Below, piece by piece: positions 30,123 to 40,903 of a stretch of DNA of 64,000 bases. The DNA comes from a virus (Duplodnaviria; Caudoviricetes), in the IMG/VR virus record IMGVR_UViG_3300042381_000848, positions 1,023-65,022 of that record; one strand, 5' to 3'. A program made the position numbers and the translations under genes. Numbering within the stretch: the stretch's first letter is position 1; each line of letters begins with the position of its first letter. Under the pieces are notes generated by a model. That model was not told where the DNA came from. It did not search any database and was given only the letters and a program-made list of their open reading frames with translations.

Positions 30123-31255
30123 TATCTAACTACTTTAAAATATACATCATCATCAATATACTGTTCCGTAAATCCATCTTTGATTTTGAATTGTAAACGA
30201 TAGTATCGCTCTGGCATAAACCCATTCATATCTATATAGATGTAATTACTAGTATTATCACAACTTACTCTAGTATAAATATCATCATACGGAATAATGA
30301 CTTCATCTGTAGCTGCATCTAATACAGTGTAATATGTAGTTGTAGGTAACCGTTTAACGGTTTGTGTTGGAAATAAATTTGTTGGTGACTTTTGCGGATA
30401 TTTGTCTCTAGTATAAATGCGTAGTTTAATTATTTCCGTATCTTTATATTCTGGTTTCAATTTTGTAAATACCGTATATGATTCTAAATCGGCAGCTGAT
30501 AATGATGATGAATATGATGTATCATCCCAATACATTGTCAATTTAGGTACATATATTGTATGGGTTTCCTTTCCAAAAAATTGTATAAACCCCGTTACTG
30601 TATCAGTTGCTTCATCGTTATTAGAAAATTTAAGTATGAATCCATTATTAGCAATCGATTGACTATTACTTCCACTAACCCAGTTTAAAATTAAACTAGA
30701 AACATCGATAGATAAATCGGTTGTTTGATATGAAAATGCTTGTGAACTAGAAAATGATGTGCTCCCGGTGCTATATAACCAACTTCCGCCAGCTCCAGAT
30801 CCAGAAACTCTAATGCCTGATGTGCCTAGGTCAATTTGTTGTGAGCTAGATATCCATAACGATCCAGATTGTGAGTCTAATGACCAAGATGTATATGGTG
30901 TTGCCCATTGTACTCCATTTGATATAATTGGGTTTGATGCTAAATATCCTGTACCATTAATCCATGGTTGTGCAACCATTTGCGCATCGATTGTATATTG
31001 AGTTGGTAAATTTTTTGCATAACTAGTGTATAATTGCAACACAAATTTACAAGAATTAATATTAGTAGAATATTTAGAAACTACATTAGTAATTTCAGAC
31101 ATATCAAATTTTACTAAAGCTCTAGATTTTTGTAATGAACTACCATCAGTTCCATAACGTTTTCCGATTTCTAGAATTTCATCTAAACCTGTATTTGTAG
31201 TTTCTAAGCCTTCATATACAGTAGCATCAGATTCGGGATAAAATATTCTAAACAT
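30122..31255 (-). CDS. Putative virion structural protein
   Basis: DATVY...NTGLDEILE...SRALVKFD beta-type domain; late motif upstream. Confidence 0.55.
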   Translation of the reverse strand: MFRIFYPESDATVYEGLETTNTGLDEILEIGKRYGTDGSSLQKSRALVKFDMSEITNVVSKYSTNINSCKFVLQLYTSYAKNLPTQYTIDAQMVAQPWINGTGYLASNPIISNGVQWATPYTSWSLDSQSGSLWISSSQQIDLGTSGIRVSGSGAGGSWLYSTGSTSFSSSQAFSYQTTDLSIDVSSLILNWVSGSNSQSIANNGFILKFSNNDEATDTVTGFIQFFGKETHTIYVPKLTMYWDDTSYSSSLSAADLESYTVFTKLKPEYKDTEIIKLRIYTRDKYPQKSPTNLFPTQTVKRLPTTTYYTVLDAATDEVIIPYDDIYTRVSCDNTSNYIYIDMNGFMPERYYRLQFKIKDGFTEQYIDDDVYFKVVR

Positions 31256-31284
31256 AATATACTTTTAGTATAAATATTCGAATC

Positions 31285-33168
31285 TTAATAACTTACCACT
31301 CTTCCGCGAATATCTTGATTAGGAAATTTCAATTCAAAAATACTAGGATCTAATGATGGATAAATTACTCCATTACGTGTTGATGTTTCTAAATTATAAA
31401 TATTACCAGAGTATCCGAAGTCAGTATCATATAAATTAAGAAACTTGACTCCTATAACATTCTGTACACCTTTTATATTAGCTAACGTAGTTAATATATC
31501 AGATTTAATTATTGGTTGATTTATTTGCCACTTATCAATATCAAATAAACTTCGAATTGCATTTGTACATTTTAACAACACTTCATTTGAATTAAAATTA
31601 GGCAACGTTGTTATTTCAAAATCAATACCTACATTGATTACAAATGCATCTTTAATATTTACAGCATCAGTTAATATTCTATAATAACCTAAATATGTTT
31701 TTAAATTTTCTTTAATTGCTTGATTACATGCAATTAATTGTTTAGTTTCATTAAATCCTAATACATACAAATTCATTGCTAACGGATTAGCAATTCTATT
31801 ATTTGTAGCATCTTGTTGTGATATTTGATCATCTGGAACTATATATGCTTTTGCTACACTGCCAAATTTTGCTGGCATAGAATATGATCGTATGATATAA
31901 TCTTCTTTAGTAACCAATCTATTTTGTGTTGCAAAATTAGACATTGCATTATTTTTAATATCAGTTAAGCTTTCTGAAGACTTGGCGCCAGTTGCTGGAT
32001 CTGGATTTGTAACTGCTACTGTTGTTTTAACAAAATTAACCATAGCTCCACTATTTGATGAATTAATATCATCATCATATGTGATACGGTCAACCGTTGT
32101 TAATGTATTTGCAGAAACATTTTCTGTTATACCATTCGAAACAACATATGTGATAGTTAATGTTGTATTTGATGGGGCTTGACCATATGTTCTAGTATAT
32201 AAAAAATTCGCCGGGTCAATATCAATATCAACAGTTCGTCTAACACCAGCAAGTCCATTTCCTACATTATCTGGATTAGGAACAATCTCCTCATCATTGT
32301 TATCAGAAATTCCAGCTCCGAATTGTAACTCCATTCTATTATCACTACGCAATTTAGTAACAAATCGTTTTGCTGTTTTTTTAAGTTTTAATAAACTAGG
32401 AGCGGCAGATCGATATTGAGCTAAGTCTGGATCATTTTCTAATAAATTAGGAACATCTTCAAATATTGTGTCTTGTGCTAAATATGGAACTTCATACCAA
32501 TTATCACCGTCTGTTTCAGTAACTGACACAATTTCTATAATATTTGTATCATTTAATAAAATTTTATCGTATGGAATGGGCGAATTGAATGTAAATGATT
32601 GAGTTTTTACTTCTCCGGAAACAGCCTTTACTTTTTTCTTTAATAAAAAATATGTAGGCGATTTAGTTGTCGGATCAACATCATATATAGTTACTTCTGT
32701 CGTATCATATGAAGATGAATATCTAAAATTAATTGAATCTAGTGTACGAAATATAGACGAATTACCAGATGCAGGTTTAACACGCATACCTGTTTGTATT
32801 GATAAAGCATAATTATAATCAGGTACGACAGCCGTTCCAGAGCCAATAGATGGAACAACGTGAAAAACGTCTAATGTAACATACGCTGGGGCTGCTGTTT
32901 TAGGTTTATATCCCAAAGCTTTAGCTAAATCATATATATTTGCTTGTTCAACAGCTTGATCTAAAAAAGATTCTCGTAAATTGCTATCAGCGTAAAAACT
33001 TAAAACATCCCCTACATATGATGATAATTCTACAAATAACATACCGGGAGATGCATCATTAAAATCTGTGTAAGTAGTTGGAAAATATTGTTTTGTAAAA
33101 TCAATCAAATTTTTCTTGAATTGTCCAAAATCTTTTCCAATATACGATATATCCTTTTTAGTTTCCAT
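31285..33168 (-). CDS. Baseplate wedge subunit (T4 gp6/gpJ-like)
   Basis: DFNDASPGMLFVELSSYVGDVLSFY, LGYKP, FATQNRLVTKEDY. Confidence 0.9.
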   Translation of the reverse strand: METKKDISYIGKDFGQFKKNLIDFTKQYFPTTYTDFNDASPGMLFVELSSYVGDVLSFYADSNLRESFLDQAVEQANIYDLAKALGYKPKTAAPAYVTLDVFHVVPSIGSGTAVVPDYNYALSIQTGMRVKPASGNSSIFRTLDSINFRYSSSYDTTEVTIYDVDPTTKSPTYFLLKKKVKAVSGEVKTQSFTFNSPIPYDKILLNDTNIIEIVSVTETDGDNWYEVPYLAQDTIFEDVPNLLENDPDLAQYRSAAPSLLKLKKTAKRFVTKLRSDNRMELQFGAGISDNNDEEIVPNPDNVGNGLAGVRRTVDIDIDPANFLYTRTYGQAPSNTTLTITYVVSNGITENVSANTLTTVDRITYDDDINSSNSGAMVNFVKTTVAVTNPDPATGAKSSESLTDIKNNAMSNFATQNRLVTKEDYIIRSYSMPAKFGSVAKAYIVPDDQISQQDATNNRIANPLAMNLYVLGFNETKQLIACNQAIKENLKTYLGYYRILTDAVNIKDAFVINVGIDFEITTLPNFNSNEVLLKCTNAIRSLFDIDKWQINQPIIKSDILTTLANIKGVQNVIGVKFLNLYDTDFGYSGNIYNLETSTRNGVIYPSLDPSIFELKFPNQDIRGRVVSY

Positions 33169-33173
33169 AATAT

Positions 33174-33620
33174 TTACTCAATTGTAATTACACCAGTTTC
33201 AGATGCGTTAATTTCTATAGTTTGTTCTCTAATTCCAGCACCTATACTAAATGTAATAAGTACTTTAATCGAGTTATTTAAGTTCGGGTCATCATCAGCT
33301 GTAAGTATATCAATTGATAATATATTAATATATGGCAACCAATTCGACGTAGCAGTTGTAATTACATCTTGTATATCAGATTTGATATCATCTGTATTTT
33401 GTTCAAATAATAGTAATTTTAAATTGCAACCAAAAGTATACCAATCTCCTGTTCTTTCTCCGGGAAATGTTGATAGTAGATTTTTAAAATTTTCAAGCGC
33501 TTGATTGTCGCCTGAATATAATGATCTAAAAACGCCATTATCAGCAAATGATAAACTTATACCATATGGGGTATCGCTATTTGTATTTACACTACTAGGT
33601 GGAACTATTACATATGACAT
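33174..33620 (-). CDS. Baseplate wedge subunit (T4 gp25/gpW-like)
   Basis: NLLSTFPGER...FGCNLKLLLFEQ...WLPYI. Confidence 0.85.
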   Translation of the reverse strand: MSYVIVPPSSVNTNSDTPYGISLSFADNGVFRSLYSGDNQALENFKNLLSTFPGERTGDWYTFGCNLKLLLFEQNTDDIKSDIQDVITTATSNWLPYINILSIDILTADDDPNLNNSIKVLITFSIGAGIREQTIEINASETGVITIE

Positions 33621-33623
33621 TAT

Positions 33624-34106
33624 CTACCTTTTTTTATTGGCCATGGCTTGCATTAATGCAGAATAATCACGAGTCATCGCTTTAGCAACAGCCGGATCTA
33701 CATCAAATGTCTTACCTGTTTCTGGATCATTCATTACTTGTGGTGCAGCTGGCATTTGTCCCGTACGCAGCATTCCAAAACCTTGCGCATCAGCTGATGA
33801 AAAACTCATATCTTCATAATTTTCATTCATCATGTCTGAAAAACTAGAGATAGATGGCGATCCTTCAATTAATGATGGGGTTTCATTTAAAATACTAGCA
33901 AATCCTGTTTTTTCAAATTGTACTTTGTTTTTTACTGGTGCTTCTGTTATTGGCTTTACTGTTGTACGACTAACTCGTACTGGAGATGATGATTTTATCT
34001 CGTTGATAGTAGATTGTAACCCTTCGCGAAGTATTTCAGTTAATTCTTCTTTGATAACATCACGTACGGCTATTTTAAGTGCTTTTATTAATGTTTTTGA
34101 ATCCAT
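33624..34106 (-). CDS. Hypothetical late protein
   Basis: 160 aa; AVRDVIKEEL, ILNET, MTRDYSALM; late motif upstream. Confidence 0.55.
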   Translation of the reverse strand: MDSKTLIKALKIAVRDVIKEELTEILREGLQSTINEIKSSSPVRVSRTTVKPITEAPVKNKVQFEKTGFASILNETPSLIEGSPSISSFSDMMNENYEDMSFSSADAQGFGMLRTGQMPAAPQVMNDPETGKTFDVDPAVAKAMTRDYSALMQAMANKKR

Positions 34107-34147
34107 ATGATAACTTTATTAATAAATATGAATGAATGTAAATTTGA

Positions 34148-34954
34148 TTAGATATTTGTACCAATACCCCAATCTAATTCAGTTTTAGGACCATATATTA
34201 GTTGGCTGGCTGTATCAATATAATAATCACCCGTATCTCCTATATCGGATATTGGTGGTTGCGTTCCGGAAAGAACTTTGCTAGGAGCTTCTTTTAAATT
34301 TTGTAATACGTTTAATTGTTCTGTTACTAGTTGTTCAATCAATGATAAACGAGAATTAATATCTTCATCAGATACATTTAATTCCGTATAAAATTGTGTA
34401 GGAACATCATCAGTATATTCTAAATTTAATAATGCATTGTTAATATCAGATGATACATCAAATATTTCAGTATTACAAATTGCAGATAATTTACGAATTG
34501 CTTTTGCTAATGATTGATTGATTCTAGCAAATTGTATGTTGATTGCAGAAACCATTCCTTGCAAGGATGAAACTGATGACTTGGCATTTTTACTTAAACT
34601 ATCAAACGTATTAATTAATTCGGTAACTGGACCTGCAGGCACACCTGGTATTGCAGGTATTGCAAGTTGTATTATTTTTAAAACGGATGCAACGGTTGAT
34701 ATCGTACCAATAACAGGTACAATTGAATTGATAGTATTAAGGCCTTGTTTAATTGTCTCGATCAAATCATTTAATGATTGCAATTTAATTTTAGCAGCTC
34801 GTACTCTAGGATCATTACACTGTATATCAGATGGTAATTGTAATACTTGATTAATAAATTTTTCCGATTCAGCAGATAAAGTATCGACTTGTTTCATTAA
34901 AACGGGTATTAACTGTTTTATTAAATTTACTGGTATCGTTGTTCCTATTGCCAT
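34148..34954 (-). CDS. Putative baseplate-associated protein
   Basis: Helical protein coupled to the spike gene; C-terminal GDTGDYYIDT..IYGPKT motif of the kind seen in fibre proteins. Confidence 0.5.
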   Translation of the reverse strand: MAIGTTIPVNLIKQLIPVLMKQVDTLSAESEKFINQVLQLPSDIQCNDPRVRAAKIKLQSLNDLIETIKQGLNTINSIVPVIGTISTVASVLKIIQLAIPAIPGVPAGPVTELINTFDSLSKNAKSSVSSLQGMVSAINIQFARINQSLAKAIRKLSAICNTEIFDVSSDINNALLNLEYTDDVPTQFYTELNVSDEDINSRLSLIEQLVTEQLNVLQNLKEAPSKVLSGTQPPISDIGDTGDYYIDTASQLIYGPKTELDWGIGTNI

Positions 34955-36003
34955 TATAATCTATAATTAGTTTTTTGATATTTGTCTGTCAATATATTGT
35001 CATTGGTCAATTCTTGAAACAAAGTTTCTGCATCAATTAAGGCATCATATAATGGAGTACAAATAACACCACTAGAATCAGCAAAACCTATTTTTATCAT
35101 GGAAACTATTTTTTGTAGTAAACTAACTACCGCTGTTGAATGAAGCATTGGTTCTTTATTAGAACGATCTGCTGCACCTAAATAAATTGTGGGTGCATTT
35201 ATTTCAATGCTTTGTTTGCCATCAACAATAACGGAATCTGTTTTTGATTTTAAAACAATCCTATCAGCAACACCGATTAATTGAGATCTATTAAATTTAG
35301 ATACTGCAATATCAGATGCAACTGGATTAGAAGTTGTTAAATTGTTTATTCGTTGAGTGCTAGTTAAATATAAAGAAGATGCATCAGATTCAATATTTTC
35401 CGTAACAAATTTTGTACTATAAGTTTTTTGATTTGATAATAGTATAATGGGTGCACCTGAATCACCTAGATAATTTGGTAGTGTATCAACTACTGCTTTT
35501 TTAGTATCAATTGAACTACCAAATCGAATACTATTTCCCCAACGACCTTCTACAATTACATCACCTTCATATGCCTGTAAAATCGGAACATCGGTTTCAA
35601 TAAACGTTTCGCCCGGTTTAGTATTAGTTAATCCAGATTTACTTAATCCTGTTAATAAGTTTGAATTTATATTAGAAGCCGGCGCTAATGTAGTTAAATA
35701 ATACCAAGCTGGTTGTAATTGTTCTATATTTGAATCTTCTCGATGTCCTTGAAAAATTAAAACCATTTCGCCAACCAATGGTATTTTTTTCGTATTAAGA
35801 TCAGCTGGTTTTATATTTCGTATTAATGGCGAATATGGATCTGGCGATACTACTTTACAATTAATTTCGTATATATGGTGTAATGATGAACCGCTTGTTT
35901 GTTGACTAGTTTGTTGTAACTTTGTGGTGTATGTTTCTGAATTTGCTACAGAAACTACTTCAGCAATATAAAATGATACTGGTATATCATATTCGTTAGT
36001 CAT
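34954..36003 (-). CDS. Baseplate spike/hub protein (gp5/gpV-like)
   Basis: PLVGEMVLI OB-fold segment, EGDVIVEGRWGNSIRFGS, beta-repeat C-terminal half; upstream of gp25/gp6. Confidence 0.7.
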   Translation of the reverse strand: MTNEYDIPVSFYIAEVVSVANSETYTTKLQQTSQQTSGSSLHHIYEINCKVVSPDPYSPLIRNIKPADLNTKKIPLVGEMVLIFQGHREDSNIEQLQPAWYYLTTLAPASNINSNLLTGLSKSGLTNTKPGETFIETDVPILQAYEGDVIVEGRWGNSIRFGSSIDTKKAVVDTLPNYLGDSGAPIILLSNQKTYSTKFVTENIESDASSLYLTSTQRINNLTTSNPVASDIAVSKFNRSQLIGVADRIVLKSKTDSVIVDGKQSIEINAPTIYLGAADRSNKEPMLHSTAVVSLLQKIVSMIKIGFADSSGVICTPLYDALIDAETLFQELTNDNILTDKYQKTNYRL

Positions 36004-36433
36004 TAGATCCTAATTTTTGTTTTGCTTGATTTATTTTGTTTTGCATTATTTGATCTTGTTGATCCAATTTTTGCAAATCTTCAATTTCATCAGTTAATTC
36101 AGTTTCCAATGTAGATTCCGCAATTCGAAGCAATTGCATCTTCTCTTCATCACTTAATAATGAATCAGATCCAGCAATAGTTTGTTTGGTAGAAATATAA
36201 CGTTGAACAATTGCAGTTAATTTAACGAGGTGATCGTCATTCTTAACTGCAACATCCAAATATTCTTTTATGAGAGGGACAATAATTGTAGCGTCGGATG
36301 CATTCCGTATTAATGGTTGCAACTGTGCTATCAATTGTGTAATTTGTCGGTCCTTCTTTTTGCTATTATGATATACATCAGACATCAAGTCCGCAAAAGA
36401 TGTACCTTTAAATAATTCTTCGTTTTTGTCCAT
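35996..36433 (-). CDS. Helical hypothetical late protein
   Basis: 145 aa ORF behind the late motif at 36453. Confidence 0.55.
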   Translation of the reverse strand: MDKNEELFKGTSFADLMSDVYHNSKKKDRQITQLIAQLQPLIRNASDATIIVPLIKEYLDVAVKNDDHLVKLTAIVQRYISTKQTIAGSDSLLSDEEKMQLLRIAESTLETELTDEIEDLQKLDQQDQIMQNKINQAKQKLGSND

Positions 36434-36459
36434 TTTGATTCATTTATATAATATAAATA

Positions 36460-37164
36460 TCAAAAAGGCAATTTTATGAAGTCTGTTTGTTCGTACTCTT
36501 TAAATTTTGCTTCATATATTTGTTTCAACGTTTTGATAACACGCGTAATATTGGTTGTTTCTAACCCCGTACGTTCGCGTATGTAAATATACAATGCTTT
36601 TTTATTAAAATCTTCGATATTAGCTCTAGTTTCAAAAATGTGAAGTATTGAATCAGCAACATGTATATCAACTGTACTATTAAATATATAGTTTAAATTG
36701 TGAAAACAATACTCAATATATGCATCCATGAAATACTGCAATGTTTCTCGCATTTCATCATTGTGAATTTCAGTCATTATATTGCGTTGTTCATCTACAT
36801 TGATAGTTTGAGTATCTTGTTTAAGTTTTGCATAAGCCTTTTGATTCTCAGCAATTAGATAATTAAACGATGTTCTTGTATAATATGAATACGCCTTACC
36901 TGCATCAGGATTAAACTTGTCTAATCTTGCTGTTAAGAATGTAACTAAATCAGTTTGTAAATCAGCAAAAGTTGAATCAATATACCCTGGCTTCATTTTA
37001 TTAATTAAATTTTCAGCTAATTTCATTAATGCAGGATAAATAAATCGACGATATATTTTTTCTCGTTTTACTGGATTATCAGACTTGTTATAAGCGATAA
37101 TAGCTATATCGGTTATTTTAGTAAAGTAATTGTTACTTGTTTTCTTCGCTCGTTTCGCCATCAA
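36460..37164 (-). CDS. Phage sigma factor, late type (gp55-like)
   Basis: Region 2-like DLQTDLVTFLTARLDKFNPDAGKAYSYYTRTSFNYLI; C-terminal helix-turn-helix-like segment. Confidence 0.65.
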   Translation of the reverse strand: MMAKRAKKTSNNYFTKITDIAIIAYNKSDNPVKREKIYRRFIYPALMKLAENLINKMKPGYIDSTFADLQTDLVTFLTARLDKFNPDAGKAYSYYTRTSFNYLIAENQKAYAKLKQDTQTINVDEQRNIMTEIHNDEMRETLQYFMDAYIEYCFHNLNYIFNSTVDIHVADSILHIFETRANIEDFNKKALYIYIRERTGLETTNITRVIKTLKQIYEAKFKEYEQTDFIKLPF

Positions 37165-37435
37165 ATTCCATTTTTAGTGTATCTATTACTTCTTTTAGTA
37201 AAGCAAACGTTGTTCCTGCTTCATCATCTTTTTCAAATGCACCTATTCGATCGAGTGTCTTCATTCTATCGTATGATTCATATATTCTAGAATACATGTA
37301 TATATTTGTCATTTCGACTGATTCATGATGATCGTCGCTATCTGCTAATAAACCTGCTAATATGTAAGCTCGATATGCAAAGTATCCAAATGCAATTGCA
37401 AATGCAATGGTTGTTATTGATAAAAATATTGTCAT
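37133..37435 (-). CDS. Small membrane-anchored protein
   Basis: N-terminal TM; FEKDDEAGTTF C-terminal motif. Confidence 0.55.
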   Translation of the reverse strand: MTIFLSITTIAFAIAFGYFAYRAYILAGLLADSDDHHESVEMTNIYMYSRIYESYDRMKTLDRIGAFEKDDEAGTTFALLKEVIDTLKMEFDGETSEENK

Positions 37436-38205
37436 TATTGAAATGCTTTAAAAATGTCGTTTAGTGATTGTTGTACTTCTGGATTATTTTCAGCTAAGTT
37501 TTTTAACCCATTACTTTTTTGAGTTTTACCTTTTTCTGAAACTACTACTGGTGTAGCATTTTTACCATTTCTCCAACGTTCAAATTCAATTGTAGATGCC
37601 ATATGATCTGCATGATGCAAAATAATAGGTAAATTTGTTTTCAATCTAGCTTGTGCGGATCTAGCAATAAAGTATGGCTTATTTGATTCATCATATAATC
37701 CATCATGAATCTTAATTGATTGGTATTCTGTCCAAGACATTTTTACATTGTATTCTTGTAACAACCAAATTGAAAGATCTGGTACCATTGTAAATGGAAT
37801 ATTTGAATTAGTTTTATAAAGTTTACCTTGATTCTTGCGATGCCAATCCGATGTTTCAATTTGATATACTTCATTGCCATCACCTGGAAACCCAGCCTTA
37901 CCTAAATCATGATGCATTGCAGCAAATAACATTTCTTCTTGCGAATATCCTGTCATATCAGCACCCATTGTGGTCCATGTATTATGTAAAGATACTGCAC
38001 AATCCATTACCCTAAGTACGTGATCAACATATCCTCCTGCAAATGCATTATGAAAATGTTCCATGGAAGAAGCTGGCATAAATACCATTCTATCTTCTAA
38101 TGCATCATACATTTTATTTAATGCATCTTTTCTTGTAGGAAATGACGTGTTGACTAAGCCACGATACCTTTCCCAATTTGATTTAATTTTTTCTGCTTCT
38201 ATCAT
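37435..38205 (-). CDS. HD-domain phosphohydrolase
   Basis: HNAFAGGYVDHV, HHDLGK, IHDG, LHHAD. Confidence 0.85.
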   Translation of the reverse strand: MIEAEKIKSNWERYRGLVNTSFPTRKDALNKMYDALEDRMVFMPASSMEHFHNAFAGGYVDHVLRVMDCAVSLHNTWTTMGADMTGYSQEEMLFAAMHHDLGKAGFPGDGNEVYQIETSDWHRKNQGKLYKTNSNIPFTMVPDLSIWLLQEYNVKMSWTEYQSIKIHDGLYDESNKPYFIARSAQARLKTNLPIILHHADHMASTIEFERWRNGKNATPVVVSEKGKTQKSNGLKNLAENNPEVQQSLNDIFKAFQ

Positions 38206-38228
38206 AACTTTTTATTTAATATATGTAA

Positions 38229-38390
38229 TTATTTGCGTAGTTCCAAGACTTGCCCATTTACGAGTTTAGATGTACATGTTGAACATGTAATTGCTGTTGC
38301 CTTATCATCAACTCTTTCACATATATAAGTGCAATATTTGCATTGCAATCTTTTGAAGCCTTTCGGCGTATAACTCTTTGTAATTTTCAT
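38229..38390 (-). CDS. 53-aa zinc-ribbon protein (not in ORF track)
   Basis: MKITKSY...CKYC...CSTC...ELRK. Confidence 0.65.
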   Translation of the reverse strand: MKITKSYTPKGFKRLQCKYCTYICERVDDKATAITCSTCTSKLVNGQVLELRK

Positions 38391-38391
38391 A

Positions 38392-38571
38392 TTATTCGCG
38401 TTCTACGTAATATATTGCTGATTCTATTTTTTTTAATGCTCGAGCTAAATTATCTAAAGTTGAATCTTTATCAATTTTACCTTCACTAATCATTCTACCT
38501 GTCATACGGATAATTTCTTTTGAATCTTCTAAATCATCTGTAACTTTGTTTTTGTACCGGTACTGTGCCAT
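38392..38571 (-). CDS. 59-aa hypothetical protein (not in ORF track)
   Basis: MAQYRYKNKVTDDLE...YYVERE; AAAAGGT leader; late motif at 38609. Confidence 0.65.
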   Translation of the reverse strand: MAQYRYKNKVTDDLEDSKEIIRMTGRMISEGKIDKDSTLDNLARALKKIESAIYYVERE

Positions 38572-38617
38572 GTTGTAACCTTTTATTATTTATTATTAAT
38601 ACTCATATATAAATATA

Positions 38618-39649
38618 TCATTGTAAAATTATTGCTGAATTATTTTCTTGGCAACATTGTACTCCGATATGCTGTAACGCTTGTTCTTTAGCCTTAGCCT
38701 CTACCTCGATATCTAATGCATCAACTGCATATGTATTAGGCAAACATGTAATAAAATCAGCATGTGCTTGTTCTCTAATCTTGGTAAATTCTTTGTATTG
38801 TTTATGAAAGGTAGGCCATTTCGGCAAATCTTCTATTGCAATATTGTGATGTTCAAACATTCTTTCTACCAAAATTTGAGACTCTCTACGACGAGATTCA
38901 CTATAATGGGTACATTGGGTTACATTGTGTATATCCCACGTCTCGCGTGCTAAAAAGAAGGCTTCGCGTTCGGATAAGTCACCTGTATTGAAAGTGTGAT
39001 GCCAATAATCAAATGTTATCGGAATCTGTGTAGGCACATGTAAATACTCATACAATTCTCGTACTGAATACATAGAAGCTTTGTCATCATTTTCAATAAC
39101 TAAACGTGCACGGCACGATTCTGATAAACGATAATAGTTATGCAACCATCTTGCAATAGTACCAGGCTTATCATTGTAAGTGGCACCTACATGGATGTTG
39201 ATAAGATTGTCAAAAGATGGTGCAAAGCCCATAAGGTCAAACAATTCGCTATGTCGTTCTAAACTAACAAGACTATTATCAACAACTACCGCATCGGGAC
39301 TACCTAGGATATGAAATGGCCCGGGATGCGTTGTAATGCGATGGCCATGCTGTTTTGCATAGTCACCTGCAGCTTGAAGATGCTGTGTAATTTCTTCAAT
39401 ACCAGGAAGATGATGCAACTCATAATGATTCCAACGTGGGAATAATTCTGAACCAATACGGAATAGACGTATACCATGTTGCTCGTTCCATTGCAGGATA
39501 GGCAATAAATCTTTTGCATTGGCAAGTGCAATGTCAGAAGCCAATTGTAAACCGCCAATCTTGAACTTGCGATCAATCATTGCTCTACCGGTTCGAATTC
39601 CTTGTGCTGATAGTTGCTGGTTGATACAGCAGTAACCGTAACGAATCAT
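38618..39649 (-). CDS. uvsE: UV-damage endonuclease (UvdE/UvsE)
   Basis: RYGYCCIN, IRLFRIGSELFP, HPGPF, IHVG, LVIENDDK, FDYWHH, HADFI, EAKAKE. Confidence 0.92.
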   Translation of the reverse strand: MIRYGYCCINQQLSAQGIRTGRAMIDRKFKIGGLQLASDIALANAKDLLPILQWNEQHGIRLFRIGSELFPRWNHYELHHLPGIEEITQHLQAAGDYAKQHGHRITTHPGPFHILGSPDAVVVDNSLVSLERHSELFDLMGFAPSFDNLINIHVGATYNDKPGTIARWLHNYYRLSESCRARLVIENDDKASMYSVRELYEYLHVPTQIPITFDYWHHTFNTGDLSEREAFFLARETWDIHNVTQCTHYSESRRRESQILVERMFEHHNIAIEDLPKWPTFHKQYKEFTKIREQAHADFITCLPNTYAVDALDIEVEAKAKEQALQHIGVQCCQENNSAIILQ

Positions 39650-39773
39650 ATGAATAAATTTAATGGATTATAATATATAATAAGAAATTTTTTGGAGAAA
39701 TCAAAATAATTGTTTTTTTTAGATACATATATTTATATAAAAGAAAAATAACCTAAAAAGGATACAAAACAAG

Positions 39774-40844
39774 ATGAAAAACATTTTAGCAGAAAATTTA
39801 CTTCGATTTGGAGTAAAGAATATTAATCACGTTGATAGAGCAGTTATACAACATTTATCAGAAATTGCACCTGGTGGGTCATCAATATCTCCAGAAGCAC
39901 AAGCACAAATAGATGCAATGATTGCTGCCACCATGGCGCCAGTTACGTCATTTATAAAAACAAATCCGATTACATTCATAACTCCAGGCGATCCATTAAC
40001 CGTTACAAGTGCAACGATAAGTTCAAATAAAGGAGACGTAAATGCAAATTATGATCTTAATGTACGATTGAATTCAACATTTACTCAAAATCCTATAGAT
40101 TTATCACTTAAAGGAGTAGAAGGTGCGACGCTGCAATTAAAAATCGGCGGAGGTAACCAATGGGGTGCAATTGATAAAATGAATGTTTATAAAGCTCTTA
40201 TATATACATGGGGCGCCGCAGGTGCTAAGGCAGTTGGGCTTGACAAATATATGATAGCAAACCATCCTACTACAAAACCATTGAATGATGCTGGTAAAAA
40301 TCCATTAGATCTAATTGTTAGTTTACTTAACATAGTAGTTAATAAATGGAAGTCAGGAAAAATGGCTACTTCGGAATCTAAAATTTACGAAATTGCACCA
40401 GCTGGAGGTACAATATCTCCAGACGCACAAGCAAACATGGATAAATTAGTTGCCGAAACGCAAGGTATAGTTTCAAAATATATTAATAGCTCATTGAAAC
40501 TAGATTTAAAAGGCGGAGGACCGATTGCAGTTCTTAAGGCAATAGTAAGAGGTAGAGCAGCAGGTGGTATAGCAGTTGACGTACAATGGAATATAAAAAA
40601 TGAAGGTGTGTATTATAGTCATTCATTTCCTATATCTTCAAAAGACGGAGTTAAACCTGCAGGGTATTACGGACTTGACGCAGCTGCCGGCAAAAGTTCT
40701 TTTGATACACAGTTTCCAAAATTCATAACACAGTATTTTCAAACCACCGGTGCTAATTATGAAGCATGTAAACAAGGTATATGGAATGGAATTTTAGCAG
40801 TTGCAGACAAATATACTAAATCAGGTGTAGCAACTAAAGGTTAA
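39774..40844 (+). CDS. Late protein with two internal paralogous repeats
   Basis: MKNILAE start; EIAPGGSSISPEAQA and EIAPAGGTISPDAQA; ATATTTAT and AAGGA upstream. Confidence 0.7.
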   Translation: MKNILAENLLRFGVKNINHVDRAVIQHLSEIAPGGSSISPEAQAQIDAMIAATMAPVTSFIKTNPITFITPGDPLTVTSATISSNKGDVNANYDLNVRLNSTFTQNPIDLSLKGVEGATLQLKIGGGNQWGAIDKMNVYKALIYTWGAAGAKAVGLDKYMIANHPTTKPLNDAGKNPLDLIVSLLNIVVNKWKSGKMATSESKIYEIAPAGGTISPDAQANMDKLVAETQGIVSKYINSSLKLDLKGGGPIAVLKAIVRGRAAGGIAVDVQWNIKNEGVYYSHSFPISSKDGVKPAGYYGLDAAAGKSSFDTQFPKFITQYFQTTGANYEACKQGIWNGILAVADKYTKSGVATKG

Positions 40845-40861
40845 TTTTTTACATAAAGTAG

Positions 40862-40887
40862 AAAAGCCCCCAAAAGGGGCTTTTTTT
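40862..40887. terminator. Bidirectional intrinsic terminator between convergent genes
   Basis: AAAAGCCCC-CAAAA-GGGGCTTTTTTT. Confidence 0.85.
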
Positions 40888-40903
40888 ATGTTCATTCATT
40901 CTG

